DNA from: Phoronis australis
Lineage: Eukaryota > Animalia > Phoronida
DNA: 64,000 nucleotides
Assembly (NCBI GenBank): GCA_002633005.1
Contig: NMRA01000509.1
Span: 33,648-97,647, forward strand
Direction: 5' to 3'
Every line of letters starts with the position of its first letter. Within the stretch, counting starts at the first letter, position 1. The position numbers and the translations under genes are program-made. Below are positions 37,897-49,803 of the stretch, piece by piece. The notes beneath the pieces were generated by a model. It saw only the letters and a list, made by a program, of their open reading frames with translations. It searched no databases and had not been told where the DNA came from.

Positions 37897-39444
37897 GTTG
37901 ACTGACTAGTAAATAAAAACAAACGACGACGGAACTTAACACAACCGAGGTAGAACAATGACTGACTCGGCAGCTCTCACAGTCAGACTATGTGAAAAGA
38001 AATTGGCGCGAAATGCTTGCCTCCTAAAACGTCACTTCTGCAGTAGCGGACGAGTAATTAATAAAATTACGAAAAGCTGTAATTAAGTGGAAAATATGTC
38101 TAGGATAACCAACCAACCTTATTTTAGCTCAAAATGACATGGAAAAAGGTTGCCTTCGCCTTTAAGGCACTACAAAAAAGACGTGTTTCCTACACAAAGA
38201 TGTGTTAACGCGGCACTAGTGTGGGCGTGTCTAAAAACACCAGTCACTACCAATCAAAGCTATGGCGCCACGTGCTCCGCTTGACACACATCGCGCAATC
38301 TCGAGTTAACTTGGGCGATATCGATGATCTCACAGAGTAGACTCCTGCTGCTGAATTCGCCTTTATTGAATTAATTCGGCTTGCATGTGTACCCCGTGAT
38401 GAAATTAATTTCATTCATTTGCAATTGTCAGCATAACTACGAGTAGCAGCCAAGTGGTTCCTGGTCATCCTTTCATGAATCAGAGGAGGAACTTTGAACT
38501 ATCCTGTCACTAGTACAGAGTAGTTTAAAAGTGGCCATAAACCCGCGTTCCATTAGGAAAATAAGTATTGTCTAGCTCACTTACCATTATGAAATTGATC
38601 TCGACTTTGTTCTTCACTCAGATGAGAAGTTATTTTGGTCTTAAAATGAACTGACAGTCCGTTATAGCCCCAAAGATCATGGTGCCAAATAACATATGGC
38701 ATGCCATGACAACTGAACAAACTTGTATAGCCTGGTCTCGGGTAAAATGTCAGTTCTATCTTTCCAACCTCAGAAATCAAATCTATTTTGACTAAGGACA
38801 AAACCCAGCTGGAATCCGCCAGTGACTTAATGTACTTCACGCAAACACGACAGTAAGACGTTTACACTCAACCACAGTGTACATCAAAGTCTTGGAGAGA
38901 ATCATCTTAACTCAAAATTACAAGCCCCCGAACACATCGGTAGCCTTCCGATGCAATTTGTCGGAGACCTTGGATAAGTGACTCTTTAGCATTTTATGAG
39001 GTCAGATTCAGTGGTGTTTTAATGAATTGGTAAAACGAATCTCCATTTTGTGGAGTTATCTTTTAACACCAACTACATACAACATAATGTAACGATACGA
39101 AAAGTTTATTTCACATTTTAAATACAAATGAGTTACTAAGGCAAAGGAAATGTGGTGCAGAACACATGGAATATACACTCAACAACAACGTAGTCTTGAA
39201 ACGAGAGTAATCTAAAGTGGTAAAGGTAATCATCATATTAATGAAAAGAATATCAGTTTCATAGGCTTTGGGCAATAATTGTCTCCTAAGGACATGGGCA
39301 CTATGCACCTATCATCCATTGTAACGGTAACAAACAGGGAAGAAAACCTAAGGTACTCGTTACACACTCGCCTTTCTGTCGTGTCATTTACGGCGTTAGT
39401 TCGCCTCGTCAAACTCGAAAGAAGCCTTCTGTTTGAGAATAGTG

Positions 39445-39698
39445 TTAATGAATCACAGCGGATTTTTCACAAATAAAGCCAGTGCCTTTATTCTTATATT
39501 TATTAAGTCCACAGGGAAGGTCATGCCATCTCCAGAGGTCATCCCGATAGTAGATCAAGCACTGGTTACCTCCGTTCGGTTGACCAGGACTCCAAGGACG
39601 ATAATTCCCGAATTGCTCTCCTGTTGAATCCCATATCCAATGATTGTTGCGACTAAGGTCACTTCCGCTCGTCCAAAATGCAATCAAACTCGATGATT
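39445..39698 (-). CDS. C-type lectin B, exon 3 (QPN/WHD motifs)
   Basis: Acceptor TTTTTCCAG; 254 nt as in copy A. WSPGQPNGGNQCL...WRWHDLPC...FICEK, then stop TAA. Confidence 0.92.
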
Positions 39699-40630
39699 CT
39701 GGAAAAATATGGTCGAGGATGCAATCATAAAAACCTTTTTCCTGCAAACCATGAAACCGGGTGTTTTCGTAGCATCAAATTTCGCATCAGAGAACCCGGC
39801 TATTTTCGCATCCTTATAATGGTTCATATTTGCGCATGTGAGAACTTCAATCACAGCAGCAAGTCATAAATAGAAAACGTCACTGAATGGATCACTGAAT
39901 AGCTCCGTGACCCGAACCTGGGACAACAGACTTAACAGTTAGTTACCGGTATGTGAGGGGTGAAACTAACGATTAAACCTGACGTAGCGCAAGTCTTCTG
40001 AGGCCTGCAAGCCTCAGCCATGACTATATCTCTTAGTTGTCAACAGACTTATAGTTACCCTTAGCTGAACAGTCGAAGCAACCATGTACGTTCAAAGAGC
40101 CTGCAGTGAAAGTGTCCTGTCGGCAAAGCTAGTCACATACAGTATACACGCATCATCTGGGATTTTAAAGACGCTCTTTCCTTTGCACTCATCAATTTTG
40201 AACACATGAAGGCAATCGAAAGATATCACAAAAATACAAACATGTCTTAACTTTCATCCTCGTTTGTTTTTGCCTTTTTATGCCATTATTTTATGAGTTT
40301 AAAAGTTATACTCAGAATAAACTTTTGAGTTTAGAAGATTTGAAATAAAATGAAGCAGAAAGGATACACTTAAAAGCACTTTCCGGTACACCACATTTGC
40401 CATGCTTTAAATACTACATGTACATGTAGTTTCCGGACAACGGCAGTAATTTGTAACATGAACTGCTGAGTATGCCCTAAATCTTGCCAGCAGTCCTCAC
40501 TAAGAAATACACGTTTCCGGATCTCCTTCAAGTTTGTCTGCCACATATACCAAAATGACGTTTACCCTCATTAGGTAACTGGGATGACATCATCTTTAAC
40601 TTAATTGCAAATAAGACACTGACCATTTAC

Positions 40631-40807
40631 CTGGCAAAGATTTGATGTTTCGCAGAATAAAGTCATCTTCAGGATACGTCTCCACGGACACCAGATTTGA
40701 TCCCATCTGCTGGCAGGCAATCTTTGCAACGTACCACGTGACTGGTGCTACACCAAAGTGATAACAGGAATTTTGGAACCGACGATAGTTAGGCGGACAT
40801 CCCGTGT
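40631..40807 (-). CDS. C-type lectin B, exon 2
   Basis: Acceptor TTTTGTAG and donor GTAAAT; 177 nt. TGCPPNYRRFQNSCYHFGVAPVTWYVAKIACQQMGSNLVSVET. Confidence 0.92.
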
Positions 40808-43229
40808 CTACAAAATTGCACAACAAGCTAAATTAATACGTATACTAAGACAATTTATATTAAGTTTCTGAGCTGTCATTCCACATGGCAAGAAAACTAA
40901 TGTGCTTCCCTGGCCTGTACTTAATGAAGAAAGCAAAATTTTAGGTTAAAAAACGATCTTTTTGGTTAGTTTAAGAAAATTTTGAGGTTGATGAAATTTT
41001 CCCTAGTTGTGAGTTGTCGCGTGTGCACTCATCCGGAAATGGCATCGCCGCACGTTGAGGTCAATTTAACTTGGTTCCCCTGATCCTGAGCTCTCACACT
41101 CTCACGTCACTGCGCGAGGCCATTTTAAGCAATGAGCTATTATACTCGGGAAGTCTTCAGTAAGGGTCTTTGGAGGAGACAAAGATCATTTCTCGCCCTT
41201 TTTCATTGTGCTGCGATTCATTGTGGATCACGCCAATGCAGCGCTTGCGCAACACAGTTGTTTGATGCATGACCATGGGCAATGTGTAGTGGGTCAAGAT
41301 CATGGGAACCATTTTCCTACTGAAATTCGTGGTACAAACTAGAGTAAAACTTCGAAATCTTGAGTTTTCATTCGAGTTTTACCACGAGTAAGTTCAGACT
41401 CGGAGCTTTAACCTGATTGGTGGGTCATCAAGTGGAAATTAGGATCAGACTCTTCTCCACCCACGCTATGAACTCGAGCATGACAGTCACTCTTATTCTG
41501 ATAGAAAAAACCAAAAAATAATTTCGAGTCTGATGTCGAGTAAAAAGAGCACATGTAGACCCCGGATCCCAACAAAAACTGAAACAAATAAGTTAAGAAC
41601 AATTCACGTGTATTACTGAGGAGGAGGTATTTTTATTTTTCATGGAAATAGTTCCAAATGGGTGGTTAATGTCCGATTTAAAAATGCCTCCGTCTGCCTC
41701 ACATACACAATTAAAAACGCAACGTGATCTCACACGATTTAAATAACTATAATGATGTTAAAATGATCTTCAATGGATGGTCTTCACTTTGGAGGTATGT
41801 GATAACAAATAATCCCTAACGGTTATAGACCGGCAGCCCAGAGCACTTAGCATACATGTAGATGAACGAGGTACCAACATCTGACCACGGGAGCATTTAA
41901 AGTCCACCTCAGTATGTACAGAAATGGACGTCTGCCGTTGTCTGCACTCTGGGTGTGACCCCTGGGGGCCTTACTAAGAGCCCAAAAATGAGCTAGACTA
42001 GATATTCGAGGTACCAACCAAAACTGATTTAAAACGAACAATAGTACCGCACTGAACACCGAATGACCCATGACAGACAAATTGCACTCTGGAATAGGTC
42101 CGGCAGAAACCAAAAAAGGACCCCCCAAAAATGAGCTAGCACATACATTCGAGGTACCACACAAAACCAATTCCATGTGATTCAATACATGTCACAGATC
42201 GCTAAATGCCCTATGACAGACAAATTACACTCTGGATTGTGCCCGGCAGAAATCCCCAAAAATCTCAACCACGGTATGCCATCAAAATTTGGTCTAGACT
42301 AGATTTTCGAGGTACCGGCCAAAACTGAATTAAAACGAACCCGCACTGAACATTGAATGACCCATGACAGACAAACTGCACTCTGGAATGGGTCCAGCAG
42401 AAACTAAAAAGACCCCCCAAAAATGAGCTAGCACATACATTCGAGATACCACAAAAAAACAATTACATGAGATTCAATACATGTCACAGGTCACTAAATG
42501 TCCTATGACCGGCAGACAAAATACACTCTGGATTGTGCCTGGCAGAAACCCTCAAAAATGTCAACCACGGTTTGCCATTTTTGAGACAGTTTGATTTACA
42601 AGGTATCGGCTTAAACTGATTTAAAACCAACAATCGTGCTGCACTGAATACCCAATGACCCGTTAAAGACAAATTTTACTTGGAAATAGTGGGCCAAAAA
42701 CCCAGAAAGGACCTTAAAAATGGAAGTACAATTGTCCATGCAGCTTTCCCCTGCTAGTTCAAGTACTCGGGTGGGAAATCCAAACAACTGGACAACAATA
42801 TGTTAAAAATTGCACCACGAAAATCGAAGTACACAATTGGTGACAAAAGTGGTGTATTTATTAAGTTAACTGCAAAAAGCGGGACCGCAGGAAACAAAAA
42901 CTAATTATAAATAACTTTCTAAAACTAATGCCTGTGTTTACTCTCATGATCACTACAAGCGAAAAGCAGACGGGTGTCAAGATGTACGACAGTTTACTCG
43001 CCTAGTGGTAACTTTTTGAAGAAATTTTTACATGATGTCGAAATTCAGTGTAGTGTATAGTGTTTGCAATGTTTTAGTTTCGCGGAGTCATTTGTCGATG
43101 GCCGACATAATGTCTTCCGTAATAAAATACAAATCACCCCTAATTTGGTGCGCAGCCACGCGATGGAGTCCCAATGCTATCTAAATAAATTTTTAAACAA
43201 CGATGCGTTTCGGTAACAAGGGGTCTCGC

Positions 43230-44280
43230 TGCAGCATTGCCTGAAAATTGCATACAATGACAGGGTGTGACGTCACAGCAGCACTGTTTAGGAAAGGGAA
43301 AGTGAGGCCTCTGGAAATCCTGATGAAAGACTCATCAGGGACACTTATCAGCTTCTTCTCAGAGGTAATAAGCGTAGATGTCCCAGACGGAAGAAAGTTA
43401 GAGAAAGACATATGCCTCCTATTTAATGAAGGGAGGAGTCAAAGATGTCAATGAAGCGCCGATATCTGAAATTAATAGAGATGACCGGAAAAATGAACAA
43501 GGTAATAACTAATTGATAAAATATAGTTCATAAAAGCAACGAAAGTAATTTCAAATGTTTTCATAGTGTTGAACCAAAATGCCCAGTTTCACGTCAAAAA
43601 TCAGTAAATGGTGGTGAGATTTCATGCGCGCACCGAGGGGTGCTCGGGGGGCTATAACGAGCCCCTCCATTTGGCGAAGTGGGCAAAAAAAGTCCGCCTC
43701 AGAGAAACAAACAGTCCGTGGAAACGAGACAAAAGTCCACTAAAAAGGCGCAGACGCACAGTTCACAGTACTGAAGGTGGTACCCCGTTTTTTTTAGTCC
43801 TCCAGCTTTTCTGCTAGCAAAAGCTCCACTTGGTCAGAAATTCGAGCCCCCCAAAACTAGAGGCTGGGTGCGCGCATGGGTTTTATGTTTTTGTTAGTCA
43901 GCGTTTAGACAATTGGTCCCTCGTCAATAAAATTTTCTCCGATGTCCAACATCAAGAAGATTGACTGCGCATTGCTTCCTCCTTGCCGAGAGACACTGTT
44001 GAACAAGCTCAAACGAGCCCATTATGTTGGCCTTGCTCTGAGACCAAGTGGATTCGGCCGATCCGGGAAACGGTTTGGATCCTCTTACCTACATGTATGG
44101 TTGGAAGGTACAAGATGGATAATATACTCCCGAATGGTTTTGTGGATCTGCCGTTCCTGATGTCCTTTTTGAAGGTGCTGGTCTTTTACACGAAAACCAA
44201 GCCGATCAAGAGGTAAAGGAAATGGGCTATGACGAAACAAGGGAGCCCGAATCAAGCTGGAGTAGCAGTGACGAATCTGA
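43230..44280 (+). pseudogene. C-terminal fragment of an Academ (XPG-like) transposase
   Basis: LHTMTGCDVTAALFRKGKVRPL...LEKDICLLF...DVNEA, then IDCALLPPCRETLLNKLKRAHYV...DPLTY..GW. A probable intron about 43502-43908 contains a MITE. Confidence 0.75.
43623..43878. mobile_element. Small MITE nested in the Academ element
   Basis: Perfect 12-bp TIR CATGCGCGCACC / GGTGCGCGCATG with G-rich and C-rich subterminal runs. Confidence 0.7.
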
Positions 44281-45976
44281 TATTGAAACGTGTTAAAAAC
44301 TAACAGGAAACTACTGTTGACATTAAACATATAGTATGTAGCTTGATACAGTGATTTTGACTATCTGTTACTATGCTGTTTGAAAGTGTTGCTCTATTTC
44401 ATGTAGATTATTTTGATTAAAGAAGGTTTTTAAAAACACGTCTGTTACTTTTCTTTCAACGTATTGTTTAGTAGTCAATGAGATGAAAGAGCTCCTTGGA
44501 AATAATTTTCGTGGTTCCTCGATCTAGCGCAAATTTAGGGGCCATGTGTTGTCGCTGACGTATCCTTTCTGCTGGCAGTTTTGATAGCGTTTTATATTTC
44601 ACACAATCTGCGTTCTTCAACTTTACTAAGTGGCTTGGTTTTAGACACTTCCTGGCATCCCAAAGTTTTACTGTTATCAGGTACTTTCCAAAATGCTTAC
44701 TCTCCGCCATCATCCATTTGACATCGAGTGTGAGAGCTCAGTAGACGCAAAAGTATAAGCTCATTATCCAATATGTCATATATATTCAAAATTACTGACC
44801 GGTATTTGAGATTTCTGGGGCTGGCGAGCACAACCCACACAGGGTTTTAAGTGTCATAGCGTAATTGGTAACCAGTAACATCTATTTGAATCACATGGAA
44901 TTGTTTGTTGTGGCACCCTGAATGATGACCTAGCTTCTTTTACGGTGTAATTGAGTCTCTGGCGAACGCCTTCCAAAGCACAATTTATTGTCTGTCATGG
45001 TCATCTGGTGGATTATTGGTTTTTTAAAACTGACTTAAAAGTCAGTTTTAGCCGGTACCTCGGGTATCTAATGTACCTCAAAAGTTTTGATAGCATATAT
45101 TGTGGTTGAGATTTTTTAGGGTTTCTTCCAGGCACAATCCAGAGTATATTTTGTCTGTCATAGGGCATTTAGTGATCTGTGACATATATTGAATCATATG
45201 GAATTGGTTTTGTGTGGTACCTCGAATGTATGTGCTTGCTCATTTTTGGGGGGTCATTTTTGGGTTTCTGCCGGACCCATTCCAGAGTGCAATTTGTCTG
45301 TCATGGGTCATTTGGTGTTCAGTGCGGTACTATAGTTCGCTTAAAATCAGTTTTGGGCGGTACCTCGAAAATCTAGTCTAGCTCAAATTTTTTATGGCAT
45401 ACCATGGTTGAGATTTTTGGGGGTTTCTGCCGGGCACAACCCAGAGTGTATTTTGTCTGTCATAGGGGTTTTAGTGATCTGTGACATGTATTGAATCACA
45501 TGGAATTGGTTTTGTGTGGTACCTCGAATGTATGTGCTAGCTCATTTTTGGGGGGTCCTTTTTTGGTTTCTGCCAGACCTATTCCAGAGTGTAATTTGTC
45601 TGTCATGGGTCATTCGGTGTTCAGTGCGGTACTATTGTTCGTTTTAAATCAATTTTGGTTGGTACCTCGAATATCTAGTCTAGCTCATTTTTTGGGCTCT
45701 TTGTAAGGCCCCCAGGGGTCACACCCAGAGTGCAGACAACGGCAGACGTGCATTTCTGTACATACTGAGATGGACTTTAAATGCTCCCGTGGTCAGATGT
45801 TGGTACCTCGTTCATCTATGCTAAGTGCTCTGGGCTGCCGGTCTATTACCAGATTTGAGCCGCTGTTTCTAGATGCCTTATCAATTTGATGTTGCCTGAC
45901 ATGGGCTGGCAAATTCCGAAAACACGCAAGATCTAACTTTATGCAAGTACAAAGTCTGATAAAACTGAAAACTTAC

Positions 45977-46139
45977 TAGAATGTTCCAGTGGTGTGAGTC
46001 CCAGCAGTCGTTCAACCCTGTCCAGTCGTTGATTGAAAGCGAGTGGTGAAGCCAATCGGTTAACTAGTTGGTCACCATAGACAACCGAAAACGTGGAAAT
46101 TATTGCAAAGGCAAAACGAACGCAATTCGACTTTCCCAT
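45977..46139 (-). CDS. C-type lectin B (perlucin-like), exon 1: signal peptide + neck
   Basis: MGKSNCVRFAFAIISTFSVVYG-DQ...LAFNQRLDRVERLLGLTPLEHS. GTAAGT donor at 45976-45971; 163 nt, phase 1. Confidence 0.85.
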
Positions 46140-46287
46140 GCTTTCTATTGGAGAAACACAATACAACACCGAGACCCTTGTGGCGGTAATTCTGAAGCCC
46201 CAGCGATCGTTGCAGCCTTCGAGCTCGGCCTTCACGGCACATTGTGACCTACAGAATCAGTGACAATGTCAGTTGGCGTTTACGTGA

Positions 46288-46307
46288 TCTGCAGTTCTTG
46301 GAAGGGA
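46288..46307. promoter_or_regulatory. Conserved upstream block of lectin B containing a STAT/GAS-type site TTCTTGGAA
   Basis: Identical 20-mer to 30695-30714 at an equivalent distance (about 150-170 bp) from the ATG. Confidence 0.5.
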
Positions 46308-48014
46308 AGTACAAATATTTCCCAGTTTCAAGGCAAGCCAAGTTCATGAAAGCCATTACACGGCCAAGAGGAAAACTGACGCCTGGGTACACCGATAAGT
46401 TCATAGCAAACTGTTTCAGTGTTTTCGAATTCGATCAAACATGGTTAGTCGGAAAGGACACCTGTTGGTAGAAAATGTAGGTGTACGCCAATGAGCTATA
46501 TATATTTGTAGAGAGAGACGACAAAGACGTTAACAAAACTATTCACAAAGGCCGCCGCCATTATAGCGTCACGGATCGTGGCGACACCTAGCGGCCGTGT
46601 GTGCGCCGACGAAGTACGCGAGGCGTTGACCACGGCCGATTTCAGTTTGTCAAATTCAAAATCGTGAAGTGTCTTTCCTTAAAATATTGAAAACAAAAAA
46701 CATGAGCAGTGCCATGGAAAATACACATAGGCAAAATATAGACTCGGTATATCAAGGAGAAACTTGGGCAGTAAAGGCAATAAAAATTACGAGAAATACA
46801 TCATAAGTAAGAGTGTGACTCAGTAATTAGGGGTGAACAGGTTAAAATAGGTGAATGGAGGGTGAGCAGGTACAAAACATGTAGGATTTTGTCCAGGGAG
46901 GTCAGGGAAGTAATAAACGTAAGACAGACCTGCTGAAGAAGAGGTAGGAGCAAACCCTCGGGCGGAACCCACCCTAAAAGTTGGGGGCGGAAATAGCTTT
47001 CTTTCCCCAATATTCCAGGTGTTAATATCAATTAATTAATTAACAATAAATTATTAAAATTTCAGTGCACAAACTTTGTTTTAAAGTAAAGCTGAAAAAT
47101 TAACAGACTCTCATCCCCCCAACAATCATATGTTTCCAGATCTCAGTTGTTTCGAAAATCCACACCTTACGACATTCTACATTCAAGCAGGGGGGCTTGT
47201 GCGTTACACGAAAACAGGGCCAGGGCACACTCTCACCCTCTCACCCTCACAATCACACACTTCCGACTGAGCTTCCGAGGACCCGATATCTGTGCAATAA
47301 CTGTTTGCACCCAACTGTTTTTTTATACATCCCATGAGAAACGGCAACGGCACAAATATGTTTTGCAGAGATGACGCCACCTCATTTCGGATGGGTGTTA
47401 CGCAACATGCGCCATCTATTAGACATTTCTATAATTCTAAAAATACTTATTGAAGCACACCGTTTGCAGTTGTATCGTGGGCGCATGTCAACGCTCCGCG
47501 TTTGTCTTGTTGACAACTGTGTTTATATCTACTTAACCTCTTGCAAGATCACAATTTGGCGCGTCTTATCCTATTTTAAACTCGACAACAGTTGGACCAA
47601 TGCTGTGCGTCATTGGATTTTTTTCTCAAAAAAGTGACTTACGCCTGTTTCTATCTTTAGAGTTCCTTTGCAGATTTTCATTTAATTTTGCCGGACAGTG
47701 TTCTTAGAGGGAAGACGACGCCTTGTTTTGAATAGGTTTAATGTATTCAGTGCCGTTTAATGGCCATTTTACGATATTAAAAACACTCATGGAATAGCGG
47801 AGTTGCAACCGAATCGATTTAACGATTGCGCATGTCCGGAAATTAGGGTGCGCAAAGGCTACTGGGATTGTTGATGGTAAACGGGATGGCCGACTGGTTT
47901 GCACGACGTGTAATTTGTGTGCATTAAACTACGCTGTTGTATGTAATTCTGCCGCTATTCGCCCTAATTAGCGCCCATGGCTCAACAAGTGCCCCAACGC
48001 GTTTTCAGACTTTG

Positions 48015-48251
48015 CTAAAGTAAGCGCCCAGCCCATGAACTACATGCGAAAAATGCCCTTACATACAGTTCTAACGTCTCCAATTTATCAATTGAAAGAT
48101 CCGACAGCCTGAATTTGTAACGGACCACGAGCCTCACCGTTATGTCCGTACACTTCAAACTTACGCCGCGATTCAAAAAGAACGCAGAAGTTTTGCTGCT
48201 CTTGCGAGGGATGTGCCCCACTACGCGGGTCTGGACTTTGAAAACAGACAC
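48015..48251 (-). pseudogene. HIRAN-like fragment typical of transposon cargo
   Basis: VVGHIPRKSSKTSAFFLNRGVSLKC resembles the VGH(I/V)PR...FL..GG.I.C motif. Nearby TAAGCGCCC/TTAGCGCCC repeats look like subterminal motifs. Confidence 0.45.
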
Positions 48252-48597
48252 AGCGTACTTGTCAAAGAGCGGGATTGCATTGTTTCTTTCCAGTACAGAT
48301 CTTCTCCGGCCTCAAACTTCTTTGTGCATGTGAAAACCGTGAATCGAAGACTAATAAAAAAANNNNNNNNNNNNNNNNNNNNNNNNNNNNNNNNNNNNNN
48401 NNNNNNNNNNNNNNNNNNNNNNNNNNNNNNNNNNNNNNNNNNNNNNNNNNNNNNNNNNNNNNNNNNNNNNNNNNNNNNNNNNNNNNNNNNNNNNNNNNNN
48501 NNNNNNNNNNNNNNNNNNNNNNNNNNNNNNNNNNNNNNNNNNNNNNNNNNNNNNNNNNNNNNNNNNNNNNNNNNNNNNNNNNNNNNNNNNNTTTTTT

Positions 48598-48940
48598 TTT
48601 CACTACCAACCGCCGTGGAGTATTTGTTACTGTTTCTTTGAAGGGAGATATTGTTGGGCAGTTTCTAAGATACGTTTTCTTGCCGCCCTCAAAATGAGCG
48701 CTGCACACTTTATGCTACGAAGTCGGAAAGAATTCACGAAGTCGGCCTTTGCTACCAGCTCTTCCGATGTCTCTGACCCATGTTTAACGCAGTTCTTGAT
48801 CCTTGGGAAACAGGTAGTAACTAATTTTTTATTTCGCTAACTGGTATTATAGCATGCCAGGCACACAACACGTATAACCTCCCTGTGGCCGGTTCGCCCC
48901 CACGCTTGCCGACGTACTTGTTTACCAGCTTAACCACAAT
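48598..48940 (-). pseudogene. Degraded THAP domain
   Basis: GGYTCCVPG / YYLFPKDQELR*TW...HKVCSAHFEGGKKTY...PTI, read across frameshifts and stops. Confidence 0.75.
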
Positions 48941-49803
48941 GCAACATTCTGACCCATTTCCAATATGGCGGCGTTGCAACTCCGCTATTGCATTGCAGTC
49001 GTGGGTGCATTTCAACGCTCAATGTAGCTCTTGTTTACAAGGAGCGGGAACAATGAGACCTGGTTTAAAGTATCCAAGGCACCTCACTGTATGGAGCTGG
49101 GTTAACCTAACAAAGAAAATATTGAAGTGCTTCAATGGAACTGTGTGGGTTTCAATGACAGCACACAGCTGTAGGTAGAATCAGTGCATGCGTATTTTCC
49201 TTGTGGCTCTGTCATCCATAAAATGAGTAGAAAAAGGTCAGAACATTTCTCTCCTGAGAAAAAGGTTTCCTCACAGAACTGATTACAGAACAAATTGATG
49301 TCATAGAAGGAGAGCAAGAAAAGTGGTGCCAAAACAAGTCAACGGAAGCAAAATGCTTGGAGGGACAGTGAGTTCAGACTGGGTAAACAGTTCCCGCATT
49401 CAGAAAAAACGCATAAACAGTCAAAGGTCTTTTTGGAAACTGGGTGGAACGAGAGAAGTGGTGTGGTCGTCCGAGGACAAGAGATCACAGAAATAGTTTT
49501 ATAAAGAAGAGACTAACAAAAATACAGCACCGCAAATTTGAACTATCGCTAGCTGCTGACAAACAAGTGGTCGGTCTCTGATCTTTGTTCTCGAAACGAA
49601 CTCGAAATTGTATTTGTCAATTTCTCTGCTCCTTTTGTCCAAACTCAATGAGTGGTTATCAGACTGTGCTCAAATACATTATAGTTTATGCCTATGAGTT
49701 TCTAGCCCAAGTTTGCACTTGTAGACCTTTATATTTATGCTACAAACTCAAGTAAAACTCGAAATTTCGAGTTCAGACTTAAACTTTTACCCCGTGGTTG
49801 GGT

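Larger units (their letters stand above)
36483..38161. mobile_element. Kolobok DNA transposon, internally deleted
   Basis: About 160-bp imperfect TIRs (AGGCGTAGGCAACCTTGTTCCATGTCATTTTGAGC... / ...GCTCAAAATGACATGGAAAAAGGTTGCCTTCGCCT). TTAA on both sides (36479-36482, 38162-38165). Purine-purine termini. Two convergent truncated ORFs inside. Confidence 0.88.
41826..45845. mobile_element. Academ-type DNA transposon (deleted) in intron 1 of lectin B
   Basis: Termini TAGACCGGCAGCCC...GGGCTGCCGGTCTA, with a 3-bp TSD TTA (41823-41825, 45846-45848). Very long TIRs (roughly 0.8 kb) built from about 300-bp subterminal repeats. Confidence 0.85.
47793..48989. mobile_element. THAP-bearing TIR element (ISL2EU/Harbinger-like), spans an assembly gap
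   Basis: 17-bp perfect inverted repeat AATAGCGGAGTTGCAAC (47793-47809) / GTTGCAACTCCGCTATT (48973-48989), consistent with AT|AG...CT|AT ends. Superfamily assignment is tentative. Confidence 0.55.

Noticed and set aside
41960-42700. Regularly spaced repeats resembling a CRISPR array, also at 44880-45700 and 26790-27050
   Set aside because: Eukaryotic context; the units are long, degenerate subterminal repeats of TIR transposons with no unique spacers and no cas genes.
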